Shown one piece after another: positions 28,213-41,882 of a stretch of DNA of 64,000 bases. The notes beneath the pieces were generated by a model. That model had not been told where the DNA came from, made no database searches, and was given only the letters and a program-made list of their open reading frames with translations. The DNA comes from Escherichia phage dhabil: sequence record MN850621.1. One strand, 5' to 3'. Every line of letters starts with the position of its first letter. Position 1 is the stretch's first letter. A program made the position numbers and the translations under genes.

Positions 28213-28877
28213 TGACTTTAACAGAAATGAAAAGCGGGTTAAAATCCCGCCTTGCCGACTTTTTAGAATTTTCTTTTACAACTAATCAACCTGCCGCAGT
28301 GGCAGGTCAACGCCCTATTGGTGGTCCATCGGCAAACCAAACCCGAAAAGGCGTTTATTACCCTACAGTCCAAAGTGCTATTGATGATATTGCTTTCCGC
28401 GCAGAACTTCCTGTTAATGCGGTGGTAACTACTACCGAAAACAGAGCGCCTGGCTTTATCCAACAATCTGATAAATTAACTTTCTCTGGCTCCATTTCTT
28501 CTGGTGGCGAATTAGGCGATACGGTTATAATTAAGGTATTTGGTTTGCCTGTTGAAGTTATTGTGGGTGATTCTTCGGTTCTGGTTGCTTCTAAAGTTAA
28601 CGATGTTTTTATAAGCGCTATTGCTAATAGTTATATTTTAGCAGAAACCTCTATCGACCCTCTGGACCAATCTACTTTAAACATTAAATATAACGACTAC
28701 CAAAACCATATTTTTGAGCCATTTAAACAGGCTGGATGTACCATTTCCCAAACTATAGTCCAAGAGCCTCGTGCAGGTTATGGATACTGGGAATATTTAG
28801 GTTCTACTACAGAATCTATGACCGGTGGAACTATAAATGGAACTACAACTTTATATCACTATAAGCGAGTAAGTTAA
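28212..28877 (+). CDS. 11: baseplate wedge / short-tail-fiber attachment protein gp11
   Basis: 221 aa; coupled to gene 10; size and order as T4 gp11. Confidence 0.85.
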   Translation: MTLTEMKSGLKSRLADFLEFSFTTNQPAAVAGQRPIGGPSANQTRKGVYYPTVQSAIDDIAFRAELPVNAVVTTTENRAPGFIQQSDKLTFSGSISSGGELGDTVIIKVFGLPVEVIVGDSSVLVASKVNDVFISAIANSYILAETSIDPLDQSTLNIKYNDYQNHIFEPFKQAGCTISQTIVQEPRAGYGYWEYLGSTTESMTGGTINGTTTLYHYKRVS

Positions 28878-30409
28878 TGTCTACAAATACACTAAAACAT
28901 ATAAGTGATAAATCGGAATTTAAAACATTCGACCCTACCGGGTCGAATTTTGACCCTAGTATTACCAACGTCCAAGACGCCTTATCATCCATTTCTGCTA
29001 TAGGTGTTACAGGTAATATTCCGGCCGCATCCGAAACAGAACAGGGTATTATTAGATTAGCCACCCAACAAGAAGTTATTGATGGCACTGATACTTTCTC
29101 TGCTGTGACCCCGGCTACTTTAAAAGGCCGCTTGGACATTCCTACTCAAGCAACTGAAACCTATGTAGGTATCACACGTTATGCTACTAATGATGAGGCC
29201 ATCGCTGGGACAGAGACCCAGGCTGCAATCGTAGCATCATCTTTGAAGGCTACTATAGATTATACATTCACCAATCGTTTAGCCACAGAGAACACTACAG
29301 GTGTACTCAAGATTTCAACCTTGCCAGCGGCTTTAGCGGGTACAGATGATACTACGGCTATGACGCCTCTTAAAACCGCACAGGCAATTGGAGCCGCTAC
29401 ATCGGCCTTACCAACTTATGCAAGTGCAACACAAACTACTGAAGGTATTGTTAGAATCGCGACAAATGCCGAAGTGGCAAATGGCACATTGACTAATGGC
29501 GTCGCAATTTCTCCATCAGGGCTTATTTCTTTAACTTCTAATACTTCTCGACGTGGACTGGTTCAATTAGCCACTGGAGCTGAAGTTTCGGCCGGAATTG
29601 ATGCAAATAAAGCTATTACGCCTCAAACCCTTTTGTCAAGAACGGGTAATACCGGTAGAATAGGCCTTCTTAAAACCACAACTACCGTGGGTTCTGGCGA
29701 TGGAAGTACAGCATTGGCATATAATGCTAACGTTATTTCTACCACCGGTGGTACTATTAATGGTACTTTAAACGTTAATGGTACTTTACGTCGTAATGGG
29801 CGTGATGTTGTTACTGTCGACCAATTAAAAGATTCTGTTCCTATTGGTACTATCGTTATGTGGGGAGGCCAAATTAACAATATCCCTGCAGGTTGGGCCG
29901 TTTGTGATGGTGGTAACTCTGGTGAGCAAGGATTCCGAAACGTAGTTGGTAGTAAATGGGGCTCAACTGGTGCTCGTCCTGACTTCCGTGGATTATATCC
30001 TAGAGGTGCAAACCAAACTAATGACGGTGGATTAAAAGAATGGGACGCCAACGTTAGAATTAGAGACGCCAAAGGTAACGACGCCAAAGGCAAACCAAAA
30101 TTAGGTGTAGGTTGTGGTTCATATGGACACGGTACAGTACAAGCTCAACAACTTCGGTTCCATAAACATGCAGGTGGTTTTGGTGAACATGATAACGCAG
30201 GTGCTTTTGGTAACACTGTTCGTTCCAACTTTGCCGGTACTCGTAAAGGATTAGACTGGGATAACCGTTCTTACTTTACAAACGAAGGATACGAAATTGA
30301 CGGTTCCGGTTCACGAGATTCAAGAACTACCCTAAACAGTGAAGGGTTAATTGGTAACGAAAACCGTCCTTGGACTATGTCCATCCTATTCATTATTAAA
30401 GTTGCTTAA
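28877..30409 (+). CDS. 12: short tail fiber protein gp12
   Basis: 510 aa; repetitive Thr/Ala-rich N-terminal fibre repeats and C-terminal receptor-binding domain; synteny. Confidence 0.85.
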   Translation: MSTNTLKHISDKSEFKTFDPTGSNFDPSITNVQDALSSISAIGVTGNIPAASETEQGIIRLATQQEVIDGTDTFSAVTPATLKGRLDIPTQATETYVGITRYATNDEAIAGTETQAAIVASSLKATIDYTFTNRLATENTTGVLKISTLPAALAGTDDTTAMTPLKTAQAIGAATSALPTYASATQTTEGIVRIATNAEVANGTLTNGVAISPSGLISLTSNTSRRGLVQLATGAEVSAGIDANKAITPQTLLSRTGNTGRIGLLKTTTTVGSGDGSTALAYNANVISTTGGTINGTLNVNGTLRRNGRDVVTVDQLKDSVPIGTIVMWGGQINNIPAGWAVCDGGNSGEQGFRNVVGSKWGSTGARPDFRGLYPRGANQTNDGGLKEWDANVRIRDAKGNDAKGKPKLGVGCGSYGHGTVQAQQLRFHKHAGGFGEHDNAGAFGNTVRSNFAGTRKGLDWDNRSYFTNEGYEIDGSGSRDSRTTLNSEGLIGNENRPWTMSILFIIKVA

Positions 30410-30418
30410 GGAAATAAA

Positions 30419-32581
30419 ATGATTGACAAACTGAGTATTAAAGAACTTCCGTTTGTCGATGGTGTACCTGATGCATCCCAAGAGCGTATCCGTTGGATAC
30501 GCAATGGCGAATGTATTGAAGGAGCCACGACTAAATACGGTCACGACGGTAATTTGAATGCCCCTGCTTTAGGAGTACAAACTAACGTAGTTAGATTAGA
30601 AGAAAACAGCATAGCTTCTAAAGACAAAATTAACGAGCTTGTGGATAACGTTAATTTGATTAATGAAGCCCTTGATATTTCTACTGATACGGCTGTTATT
30701 CAGCAAATTGAAAAGAACCGTGTCGATATATTGGCTGTAGATGAAAAGGCTTCCGAGACTAAAAAGGACTTAGGCGACTTAACAGTTAATTTTAATTTTT
30801 TAGAAGAAGATGTCGGTTATTATGACCCGTCTTTAGATGGCCCGTATCTCACTGTTAGAGAAAATATAAATCTTCTTAAATCAGAAATTGGCCATTATGC
30901 AAACCAAGATATAAACAGCCAGCCGCTTCCTCCCGGTGAAACTTCTGAAGCCACCGGTATGAAACGTCGTATTATGGATAATACCAGTGCTATTGTCGAC
31001 CATTCGCAACGTATAGATACCCTTGAAAAGAATTATGAAGATTCTGATGTAGGTCAACTTGGGCTTAAACTTAACGAAATTCGTGAAGAACTTGGTCCAC
31101 ATATTGATACGGTAGGTAAACAACCTGCTTATACTAGAATTTCAGCTCTCGAAACGGCAGCCGTAAACTTTAATGAATCGATAGATTCTATCAAAACCAG
31201 TATAGGCTTTAATAAGGGCTCTATTGATACCAGAGTAACTACATTAGAAACTAAAACGTCTACTTTAGAAAACACTGTTAATAATGGATTGGTCCCTAGG
31301 GTTACTGCAGTAGAAACTGCCATCGGTACTGCCGATACCCCTACGTCTATTAACGGCAGATTGGGCGGCTTGCGTACTGATGTTAATGAGTTAAAAACCA
31401 TAGTTGGTGCTAGTTCATCTGAAGGGCTTCGTTTCCAGGTTTCTGATATAGACCGTAAAATCGGTGCGGATGTGAGTCCGGCAGCAGGAACAATCAATAA
31501 ACGTTTGAACGACCTTACAACTCAAGGCAATACTTCAGCCTCTACTATTCAGGATTTGCAGGCCGAAATTGGTAATAACCAAACAGGCATCAAAGGTTCT
31601 ATTCTTAAAATCACCAACCAAATTGAAGGAACCAACCCTAACGGTAGTACCGTAGAAGAACGAGGATTAATAAACTCGGTTAAAGGCCTTGAAGCTCAGA
31701 TGCCTACTAAATTGGGTGAAGCACCTACTGATGGTAAATTGTATGGACGTAAGGATTCGGCATGGACGGAAATCCTTGATGGTACTACAGAAATCGATGC
31801 AGTAAAAGCTTCTTTATTGGTTACTGATGGTAAGGTATCAGCCTTAACGGCTAGAGTCGATACTAATGACGCCTCCATTTCTTCTCTTGATACCAGAACT
31901 GGTGCTTTAAACACTTCAGTAGGAGAAATTAAAGCCGATGTTGTTTTGTTAAAATCCAAAGACACTGAGCAAGATAATCGTATTACTGCTTTGGAAGAAA
32001 GTGACGTAACTATTAATGGCAAAATAACCGCATTGGAAACCAAGACGGATACAACCGATTCTGATGTTACGGCTTTGGCTTTAGATGTGAGTTCTATAGA
32101 ATCACAATTAACCCCTATTAAAGCCGATATAACCAAGAATAAAGGTGATATCGTTACTTTAACCGGGCGAGTAGCAGCTAATGAAGGCGAAATTACTGAT
32201 ATTAAATTAGATACCGCTAAAATAGCTCCTTTAACAACTCGTGTAACAACAGCTGAAGGTAAAATAACTACACTTCAGTCCGATTTAGCCGCAGTTAAGG
32301 TTGAATCGGATAAAGTAGAAGGAATTGATACTCGATTAGGTACATCTGAAGGTAAAATAACTACCCTTGAAACAGGTTTGGCTGCCGTTAAAGTTGAATC
32401 TGATAAAGTTGCCGATTTAGGAACCCGTTTAACCGCCGCCGAAGGTAAAATTACAGCCTTAGAAACAGAATTAGCTAAACGTCCGCCGGTGGCTCCTGCT
32501 GCAGACGGACTCCCGTACGTTCTGGTTGATAACGCATGGGTATTATTGTCTGATTTTGTGACTTTAAACTCAGCACCATAA
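30419..32581 (+). CDS. wac: fibritin (neck whiskers), extended form
   Basis: 720 aa coiled coil ending in a foldon-like C-terminus (…GLPYVLVDNAWVLLSDF); longer than T4 fibritin (about 487 aa). Confidence 0.85.
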   Translation: MIDKLSIKELPFVDGVPDASQERIRWIRNGECIEGATTKYGHDGNLNAPALGVQTNVVRLEENSIASKDKINELVDNVNLINEALDISTDTAVIQQIEKNRVDILAVDEKASETKKDLGDLTVNFNFLEEDVGYYDPSLDGPYLTVRENINLLKSEIGHYANQDINSQPLPPGETSEATGMKRRIMDNTSAIVDHSQRIDTLEKNYEDSDVGQLGLKLNEIREELGPHIDTVGKQPAYTRISALETAAVNFNESIDSIKTSIGFNKGSIDTRVTTLETKTSTLENTVNNGLVPRVTAVETAIGTADTPTSINGRLGGLRTDVNELKTIVGASSSEGLRFQVSDIDRKIGADVSPAAGTINKRLNDLTTQGNTSASTIQDLQAEIGNNQTGIKGSILKITNQIEGTNPNGSTVEERGLINSVKGLEAQMPTKLGEAPTDGKLYGRKDSAWTEILDGTTEIDAVKASLLVTDGKVSALTARVDTNDASISSLDTRTGALNTSVGEIKADVVLLKSKDTEQDNRITALEESDVTINGKITALETKTDTTDSDVTALALDVSSIESQLTPIKADITKNKGDIVTLTGRVAANEGEITDIKLDTAKIAPLTTRVTTAEGKITTLQSDLAAVKVESDKVEGIDTRLGTSEGKITTLETGLAAVKVESDKVADLGTRLTAAEGKITALETELAKRPPVAPAADGLPYVLVDNAWVLLSDFVTLNSAP
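32238..32475 (+). repeat. in-frame tandem repeats (~90 bp unit) encoding coiled-coil segments of fibritin
   Basis: Repeated AEGKITTL(Q/E)(S/T)(D/G)LAAVKVESDKV… units visible in both protein and DNA. Confidence 0.6.
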
Positions 32582-32587
32582 TAAAAA

Positions 32588-32606
32588 GGGCTTCGGCCCT
32601 TTTTTG
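32588..32606 (+). terminator. rho-independent terminator after wac (gggc-UUCG-gccc + U6)
   Basis: GC stem with UUCG loop followed by tttttt. Confidence 0.65.
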
Positions 32607-32607
32607 C

Positions 32608-32615
32608 TATAAATA
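32608..32615 (+). promoter_or_regulatory. late promoter TATAAATA for gene 13
   Basis: Exact consensus immediately 3' of the wac terminator. Confidence 0.6.
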
Positions 32616-32636
32616 CGGTTATTAGAGGAATAAAAT

Positions 32637-33569
32637 ATGGCAAGCGAATCATTCAACCCTAAGCAACTCAAGGACGCTATTCTGCGCCGCCTGGGTGCAC
32701 CGATTACAAATATTGAAGTAACTACAGACCAAGTATATGATTGCATCCAGCGTGCTCTAGAGCTCTACGGTGAATACCATTATAACGGGTATAACAAAGG
32801 ATATCAGGCTTTTTATATCGGCCACGACGATGAAGAAAAATTCCGTAATGGTGTATTCGACCTTAAAGGACGTAATATATTTGCAGTAACACAAATTTTG
32901 AGAACTAACGTTGGTTCTTTAACATCTATGGATGGGCAAGCAACTTATCCCTGGTTTACAGATTTTGTATTAGGCTTAGCTGGTATTAATGGTGGGCTTG
33001 GGTCTTCATGTAACAGTTTCGGACCTAATGCCTTCGGCGCCGACCTTGGTTATTTTACGCAGCTAATGCAATATCGTTCTATGATGCAGGACCTTTTGGT
33101 TCCACTACCAGATTATTGGTATAACGATGCCACTGAACAATTGAAGGTAATGGGTAACTTTGTTAAAGGCGATTTTATTGTAATCGAAGTTTATACTCGT
33201 TCTTTTAATGGGGTTGATTCTATGGTTGGAAATACCGTAGGCTATGGTTATGCTTCGGCCTGTGGTGAAAACGAATGGAGCCCAGGTGCTATTTGGGATA
33301 ACCCATCTCGTCGTATTTCCGGTATGCGCGTAGGCGAGGACCTCGGCCTTCAGGACGGTGCATATAATAACCGTTGGGTTAAAGATTATGCCACTGCATT
33401 GGTTAAAGAAGTCAATGGCAATATTCTAGCCAAACACCAAGGCATGCAACTTGCAGGTGGAACCACTGTAGATGGTATTCGATTGATTGAAGAGGCTCGT
33501 TTAGAAAAAGAACGTCTTCGTGAAGAATTAGATTTGCTCGACCCACCAACACCTATTTTAATTGGATAA
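32637..33569 (+). CDS. 13: neck protein gp13
   Basis: 310 aa; size and order as T4 gp13. Confidence 0.85.
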   Translation: MASESFNPKQLKDAILRRLGAPITNIEVTTDQVYDCIQRALELYGEYHYNGYNKGYQAFYIGHDDEEKFRNGVFDLKGRNIFAVTQILRTNVGSLTSMDGQATYPWFTDFVLGLAGINGGLGSSCNSFGPNAFGADLGYFTQLMQYRSMMQDLLVPLPDYWYNDATEQLKVMGNFVKGDFIVIEVYTRSFNGVDSMVGNTVGYGYASACGENEWSPGAIWDNPSRRISGMRVGEDLGLQDGAYNNRWVKDYATALVKEVNGNILAKHQGMQLAGGTTVDGIRLIEEARLEKERLREELDLLDPPTPILIG

Positions 33570-33571
33570 TT

Positions 33572-34345
33572 ATGGCTACTTTCGATTCGAGTTTATTCGC
33601 TAAGCTAGAAGATAATACTGGCTATGCTAACACGAACGAAACTGAAATAATGAACCCATTCGTCAACTTTTATCGCCATGAGAACACCCAAACATTGGCT
33701 GATGCTTTAGTTGCTGAGTCTATTCAAATGCGTGGTATCGAGCTTTATTATATACCACGTGAATATGTTAAACCAGACCAGCTATTTGGCGAAGACCTTC
33801 AGAACAAATTTACTAAAGCCTGGAAGTTTGCAGGTTATTTAGATTCCTTTGAAGGTTATTCCGGTGACAATACTTATTTCAGTAAGTTCGGTATGATGGT
33901 TAATGATGAAGTAACAATCACAATTAACCCTAACCTTTTTAAACATCAATGCAATGGTACTGAACCTGTTTCAGGTGACTTGATTTATTTCCCTATGGAC
34001 AACAGTCTATTTGAAATTAATTGGGTTCAACCTTACGACCCGTTCTATCAAGTTGGTACAAACGTCCAGCGTCGTATTACTGCTACCAAGTTCATTTATA
34101 ATGGTGAAGAACTTCGTCCTGAATTACAGAGAAATGAAGGTATTAATATTCCTGAATTCAGTGAGCTTGATTTAATGCCTGTTAAAAATATCGACGGGTT
34201 GGCTGATATCTCTGATATCCAATATGAAGAGGTTAATGAGATTAATGCTGAAGCAGCGGAATTCGTACATCCTTATGTGGTGATTAATGGTAGAGGAGAA
34301 GATGCTCCTCCTACAGCATTTGATGATGCTTTTTTAGATGATTAA
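33572..34345 (+). CDS. 14: neck protein gp14
   Basis: 257 aa; size and order as T4 gp14. Confidence 0.85.
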   Translation: MATFDSSLFAKLEDNTGYANTNETEIMNPFVNFYRHENTQTLADALVAESIQMRGIELYYIPREYVKPDQLFGEDLQNKFTKAWKFAGYLDSFEGYSGDNTYFSKFGMMVNDEVTITINPNLFKHQCNGTEPVSGDLIYFPMDNSLFEINWVQPYDPFYQVGTNVQRRITATKFIYNGEELRPELQRNEGINIPEFSELDLMPVKNIDGLADISDIQYEEVNEINAEAAEFVHPYVVINGRGEDAPPTAFDDAFLDD

Positions 34346-34384
34346 ATAATACATGGCGCATAGTGCGCCATTTTAGGAGGTTTG

Positions 34385-35247
34385 ATGTTTGGACATTGGT
34401 ATAATAGTTCGCTACGTCGCTATATTGTTTTGATGGGTGATTTATTTTCCCATGTTCAAGTAGCACGTCAAAGAGAAGATACAGGGCTTAAATTTATTAA
34501 GGTTCCTATTACGTATGCTTCTAAAGAAAGATTTATGGCTAATTTAGGTAAGTGGACCGCAGTTCAAAATATCCCAAATCCTAATATGTCCCCAAAAGAA
34601 AGGGCTGAACAAAAAGCTAAAGTGGAAACTGTTCTTCCACGTATGAACCTCCAAATGGTTGACATGCTTTATAACTCACAATACAAAACGGCTCTTCAAA
34701 ATAGAACACAAATTCAATTTGAGAATGGAGACCCTCGGAAACGAGTCAGCCAATATTCTCCTACTCCAGTAAAAATGATTTTTGAACTGGGTATTTACAC
34801 TAGAACTCAAGATGATATGTTCCAGATTGTGGAACAAATTATGCCGTATTTCCAACCTCACTTTAATACAACAATTACCGAACTCTATACAAACGAAATT
34901 AAATTTGACCGTGATATTCGTATTGTGTTCCAATCTATAGCAATGGACGAACAATTAGAAGGTGATACCACTTCACGTCGTCGCTTAGAATGGTCTATGA
35001 TGTTTGAGGTTAACGGATGGCTATATCCTCCTGTTAAAGAAATGGAAGGCGAAATCAAAACCATTTATCTTGATTTCTTTGCCAACTCTAAAGAACTCGC
35101 TCCTGAAGGTAATTTTGAATCGGTTGATAGCGAAGTAGTTCCTAGAGGCGTAGAAGAAAAAGAATGGGATGGTAAGTCCATTCAAACGTATTCACAAGAT
35201 ATTCCGGTGCCTGTTGAACCAGAGCCTCCAGCACCAAGGAGAAACCC

Positions 35248-35251
<4 letters not shown>
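34385..35251 (+). CDS. 15: tail sheath stabilizer / tail terminator gp15
   Basis: 288 aa from ATG 34385 (SD AGGAGG); preceded by hairpin atggcgca-tag-tgcgccat; the track start at 34382 is TTG. Confidence 0.85.
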
Positions 35252-37561
<2,310 letters not shown>

Positions 37562-37590
37562 ACAATAAAGCATAACCAAGAGGATTCAAA

Positions 37591-39573
37591 ATGGCTTTAT
37601 TATCACCGGGCATTGAGCTCAAAGAAACGTCCGTACAGAGTACTGTCGTTCGTAACGCAACGGGTCGTGCAGCGCTGGTAGGTAAATTCCAGTGGGGCCC
37701 TGCTTTCCAGGTAACTCAGATTACTAATGAAGTTGAACTGGTTGATTTATTTGGAGGTCCTAATAACGAAGTAGCAGATTACTTTATGTCTGGTATGAAC
37801 TTCCTCCAGTATGGTAATGACCTTCGCACAGTTCGTGTTGTTAGTCGCGAATTTGCTAAAAACGCATCTCCTATCGCTGGTAACATTGAGACCACTATTA
37901 CTACGGCCGGTTCCAACTATGCAGTAGGCGATAAAATCAATATTAAATATAACCAAACTGTAGTCGAATCTGAAGGTCGTGTGACTTCTGTAGATACAGA
38001 CGGTAAAATTCTTTCCGTGTTTATTCCGTCAGCAAAAATTATTGCTTATGCACGTTCTTTAAACCAGTATCCTACCCTTGGCCCAGCTTGGACCGCTGAA
38101 GTTACTTCTGCATCTTCCGGTGTTTCTGGTACTATTACCGTAGGTAAAATTGTTACGGATTCCGGTATTCTTTTGACTGAAGCAGAGAATAGTGAAGAAG
38201 CTATTACTTCTCTTGAATTCCAAGCTTCTCTTAAGAAATTTGCTATGCCAGGCGTAGTGGCTCTTTATCCTGGTGAAATTGGTTCTACTCTGGAAGTAGA
38301 AATCGTTTCCAAAGCCGCTTATGATGCTGGTTCTTCTAAAATGCTGGATATTTATCCTGGCGGCGGTACCCGTGCTTCTATTGCCAAGGCAGTATTTAAT
38401 TACGGACCACAAACAGATGACCAATACGCAATTATTGTTCGTCGCGATGGCGCTATCGTAGAATCTGTCGTACTTTCTACCAAAGAAGGTGAAAAAGACG
38501 TTTACGGTAATAACATTTATCTTGACGACTATTTCGCTAAAGGTACTTCCAACTATATTTTTGCTACCTCTTTGAACTGGCCTAAAGGCTTCAGCGGTAT
38601 CATTAATCTGATGGGCGGTGTTTCTGCTAACGATAAAGTTACTGCAGGCGATTTGATGCAAGGTTGGGATTTGTTTGCCGATCGTGAAGCACTCCATATT
38701 AACCTGCTTATTGCCGGTGCTGTTGCTGGTGAAGGCGACGAAGTGGCTTCTACTGTTCAGAAACACGTTGTGAGTATTGCTGATGAACGTCAGGATTGCT
38801 TAGCATTTATTTCTCCTCCTAAAGGACTGTTGGTTAACGTTCCACTGACTCGTGCAGTAGATAACCTTATTGACTGGCGTACCGGTGCTGGTAATTTCGA
38901 TGCCAACAACATGAACATCAGTACCACTTATGCTGCTATTGATGGTAACTATAAATATCAGTATGACAAATATAATGACGTAAACCGTTGGGTACCACTG
39001 GCTGCTGATATGGCTGGTTTGTGTGCACGTACTGATGATGTGTCTCAGCCTTGGATGTCTCCTGCTGGTTATAACCGTGGTCAGATTCTTAACGTTCTGA
39101 AATTGGCAATTGAACCACGCCAAGCACAACGCGACCGCATGTACCAGGAAGCTATTAACCCAGTTGTTGGTTTTGCTGGTGGTGATGGTTTCGTATTGTT
39201 TGGTGATAAGACTGCAACTAAAGTTCCATCTCCGATGGACCACATTAACGTTCGCCGTCTGTTCAACATGCTTAAGAAAAATATCGGTGATGCCTCTAAA
39301 TATAAACTGTTTGAATTGAACGATAACTTCACTCGTTCAAGCTTCCGTATGGAAGTTTCTCAGTACTTAGATGGTATTAAGGCACTTGGTGGGATTTATG
39401 AAGGACGTGTGGTTTGTGATACTACAGTGAACACCCCTGCGGTTATCGACCGTAACGAGTTTATTGCTAATATATACGTAAAACCTTCTCGTTCTATTAA
39501 CTACATCACGTTGAACTTCGTTGCAACGAGCACTGGTGCTGATTTTGATGAATTGATTGGACCTTTAGTATAA
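37591..39573 (+). CDS. 18: tail sheath protein gp18
   Basis: 660 aa; size and order as T4 gp18 (659 aa). Confidence 0.9.
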   Translation: MALLSPGIELKETSVQSTVVRNATGRAALVGKFQWGPAFQVTQITNEVELVDLFGGPNNEVADYFMSGMNFLQYGNDLRTVRVVSREFAKNASPIAGNIETTITTAGSNYAVGDKINIKYNQTVVESEGRVTSVDTDGKILSVFIPSAKIIAYARSLNQYPTLGPAWTAEVTSASSGVSGTITVGKIVTDSGILLTEAENSEEAITSLEFQASLKKFAMPGVVALYPGEIGSTLEVEIVSKAAYDAGSSKMLDIYPGGGTRASIAKAVFNYGPQTDDQYAIIVRRDGAIVESVVLSTKEGEKDVYGNNIYLDDYFAKGTSNYIFATSLNWPKGFSGIINLMGGVSANDKVTAGDLMQGWDLFADREALHINLLIAGAVAGEGDEVASTVQKHVVSIADERQDCLAFISPPKGLLVNVPLTRAVDNLIDWRTGAGNFDANNMNISTTYAAIDGNYKYQYDKYNDVNRWVPLAADMAGLCARTDDVSQPWMSPAGYNRGQILNVLKLAIEPRQAQRDRMYQEAINPVVGFAGGDGFVLFGDKTATKVPSPMDHINVRRLFNMLKKNIGDASKYKLFELNDNFTRSSFRMEVSQYLDGIKALGGIYEGRVVCDTTVNTPAVIDRNEFIANIYVKPSRSINYITLNFVATSTGADFDELIGPLV

Positions 39574-39697
39574 TCTATTATCCCAGGCTGTAATATAAAG
39601 AACCTAAAACCATTATACCATGGGTTTGGTTACAGCGTACATCACGTAGAATTGCGCCTGGGATTGATTAACTATCAGGAATATGATTTATCAACTG

Positions 39698-39705
39698 TTA
39701 TAAAT
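39698..39705 (+). promoter_or_regulatory. late promoter TATAAATA for gene 19
   Basis: Exact consensus within the 173-nt 18-19 intergenic region. Confidence 0.55.
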
Positions 39706-39758
39706 AAATTAATCAGAACGTTCCTGGTGTGGCCAGGAACTGACTTATGAGGCATCCC

Positions 39759-40250
39759 ATGGAGTTGACAGATATCACTCGTGCGTTTGAGTCAGGTGAC
39801 TTTGCACGCCCTAACCTTTTCGAAGTGGAAATTCCATTTCTTGGTAAAAACTTTAGCTTTAAATGTAAAGCAGCACCTATGCCGGCAGGCATTGTAGAAA
39901 AAGTACCGGTTGGCTACATGAACCGTAAAATTAACGTAGCTGGCGACCGTACGTTTGATGATTGGACTATTACCATTTATAACGATGATGCCCATGACAC
40001 CCGTCAGGCAATTGTCGATTGGCAAAACCTCTGCCACGGTATGACCAATGAAATTACCGGTGCTGCACCTGCAGAATATAAGAAACAAGCAATTGTTCGA
40101 CAGTTCCACCGTGATGGTAAGACTGTGACTAAAGAAGTTACAATTTATGGCTTATGGCCTACTAACGTTGGTGAAGTCCAGATGGATTGGGATTCAAACA
40201 ACGAGGTAGAAACTTTCGAATCTACGTTCGCTATCGATTGGTGGGAATGA
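39759..40250 (+). CDS. 19: tail tube protein gp19
   Basis: 163 aa from ATG 39759 (SD GAGG); high identity to T4 gp19 (…TRAFESGDFARPNLF.VEI…); the track ORF starts 12 nt earlier. Confidence 0.9.
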   Translation: MELTDITRAFESGDFARPNLFEVEIPFLGKNFSFKCKAAPMPAGIVEKVPVGYMNRKINVAGDRTFDDWTITIYNDDAHDTRQAIVDWQNLCHGMTNEITGAAPAEYKKQAIVRQFHRDGKTVTKEVTIYGLWPTNVGEVQMDWDSNNEVETFESTFAIDWWE

Positions 40251-40251
40251 G

Positions 40252-40259
40252 TATAAATA
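40252..40259 (+). promoter_or_regulatory. late promoter TATAAATA for gene 20, followed by hairpin aggagc-UUCG-gcuccu
   Basis: Exact consensus overlapping the gene 19 stop; hairpin at 40272-40287 in the leader. Confidence 0.55.
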
Positions 40260-40307
40260 GAATTATAAAGGAGCTTCGGCTCCTTATCCCATTCATCGGA
40301 GACTCTA

Positions 40308-41882
40308 ATGGCAAACTTTAATACAATATTAAGTTTTCTTAAGCCATGGGCTAATGAAGACGAAAAAGAATATAAACAACAATTAAATAACAATTTAGAG
40401 TCTGTCACTGCACCTAAGCTTGATGATGGCGCTCGCGAAATTGAAACCCAAGAGCAAAATATTCCTTATAATGCTCTTATGCAACAAATGTTTGGTAGTA
40501 ATGAGCCTGAAGTTAAAAACACCAGGGAACTCATTGATACCTACCGTAATTTGATGAACAACTATGAAGTCGACAATGCCGTTCAAGAAATTGTGTCTGA
40601 CGCTATTGTCTACGAGGATGATAAAGAAGTAGTTGCATTGAATTTAGACGGCACGGAATTTAGTCAATCAATTAAAGATAAAATTTTGGCTGAATTTAGT
40701 GAAGTTTTAAACCTTTTAAATTTCCAACGTAAAGGCACTGACCATTTCCAACGTTGGTATGTAGACTCGAGAATATTCTTTCATAAAATTATAAACCCTA
40801 AAAAAATGAAAGATGGCGTACAAGAGCTTCGACGCTTAGACCCGCGCCAAGTCCAATATATTCGTGAAATCGTTACACGTATGGAAGACGGCGTTAAAAT
40901 TGTAGACGGGTATCGCGAGTTTTTCGTTTACGACACAGGCCATGAAAGTTATTGCGCTGATGGACGCATTTATTCAGCCGGGACTAAAGTTAAAATTCCT
41001 CGTGCTGCCGTAGTTTATGCACATTCCGGATTATTAGATTGTTGCGGTAAAAACATCATTGGCTATTTGCAACGTGCTATTAAGCCTGCAAACCAGCTTA
41101 AATTGATGGAAGACGCAATGGTCATCTACCGTATTACACGTGCTCCTGACCGTCGTGTGTTTTATATCGATACAGGTAATATGCCTTCACGTAAGGCTGC
41201 AGCACAAATGCAACATATCATGAACACGATGAAAAACCGTGTGGTGTATGATGCTTCGACAGGTAAAATTAAAAACCAACAACATAATATGTCTATGACT
41301 GAAGACTATTGGTTGCAACGTCGTGACGGTAAAGCGGTAACAGAAGTTGATACAATGCCAGGTGCTACTGGTATGAGTGATATGGATGATGTTCTTTATT
41401 TCCGCACAGCACTTTATCGTGCACTGCGTATTCCAGAGTCACGTATCCCTAGTGAATCTAATTCAGGCGTTATGTTTGATGCCGGTACAGCAATCACTCG
41501 TGATGAGTTGAAATTTGCTAAATGGATTCGCCAGCTACAAAACAAATTTGAAGAAATTTTCCTAGACCCGTTAAAAACAAACCTCATTCTTAAAAAGATT
41601 ATTACAGAAGATGAGTGGGAAAAGGAAATAAATAATATTAAAGTTACGTTCAATCGTGATAGCTATTTCAGTGAAATGAAAGATGCGGAAATCATGGAAC
41701 GCAGAATCAATATGCTAACGATGGCTGAACCATTTATTGGTAAGTATATTTCACATCAAACGGCTATGAAAGATTTCCTTCAGATGACTGACGAAGAAAT
41801 TAATCAAGAAGCTAAGCAAATTGAAGAAGAGTCTAAAGAGGCTCGTTTCCAAAACCCAGATGAAGAAGAAGAGGATTTCTAA
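40308..41882 (+). CDS. 20: portal vertex protein gp20
   Basis: 524 aa, same length as T4 gp20; synteny. Confidence 0.9.
   Translation: MANFNTILSFLKPWANEDEKEYKQQLNNNLESVTAPKLDDGAREIETQEQNIPYNALMQQMFGSNEPEVKNTRELIDTYRNLMNNYEVDNAVQEIVSDAIVYEDDKEVVALNLDGTEFSQSIKDKILAEFSEVLNLLNFQRKGTDHFQRWYVDSRIFFHKIINPKKMKDGVQELRRLDPRQVQYIREIVTRMEDGVKIVDGYREFFVYDTGHESYCADGRIYSAGTKVKIPRAAVVYAHSGLLDCCGKNIIGYLQRAIKPANQLKLMEDAMVIYRITRAPDRRVFYIDTGNMPSRKAAAQMQHIMNTMKNRVVYDASTGKIKNQQHNMSMTEDYWLQRRDGKAVTEVDTMPGATGMSDMDDVLYFRTALYRALRIPESRIPSESNSGVMFDAGTAITRDELKFAKWIRQLQNKFEEIFLDPLKTNLILKKIITEDEWEKEINNIKVTFNRDSYFSEMKDAEIMERRINMLTMAEPFIGKYISHQTAMKDFLQMTDEEINQEAKQIEEESKEARFQNPDEEEEDF

Noticed and set aside
29623-32652. Minus-strand ORFs inside gene 12 and wac (Pro/Ser/Thr/Ala/Val-rich translations)
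   Set aside because: Antisense artefacts of repetitive fibre-gene sequence
14905-34387. ORF-track start positions at 14920, 24472 and 34382, and at 9371 in the early region
   Set aside because: These are TTG or GTG codons reported as Met by the track; adjacent ATG codons with proper SD spacing were chosen as starts instead
38059-39332. Minus-strand ORFs (235, 147 and 83 aa) inside gene 18
   Set aside because: Antisense to the conserved tail sheath gene; no RBS or promoter; spurious
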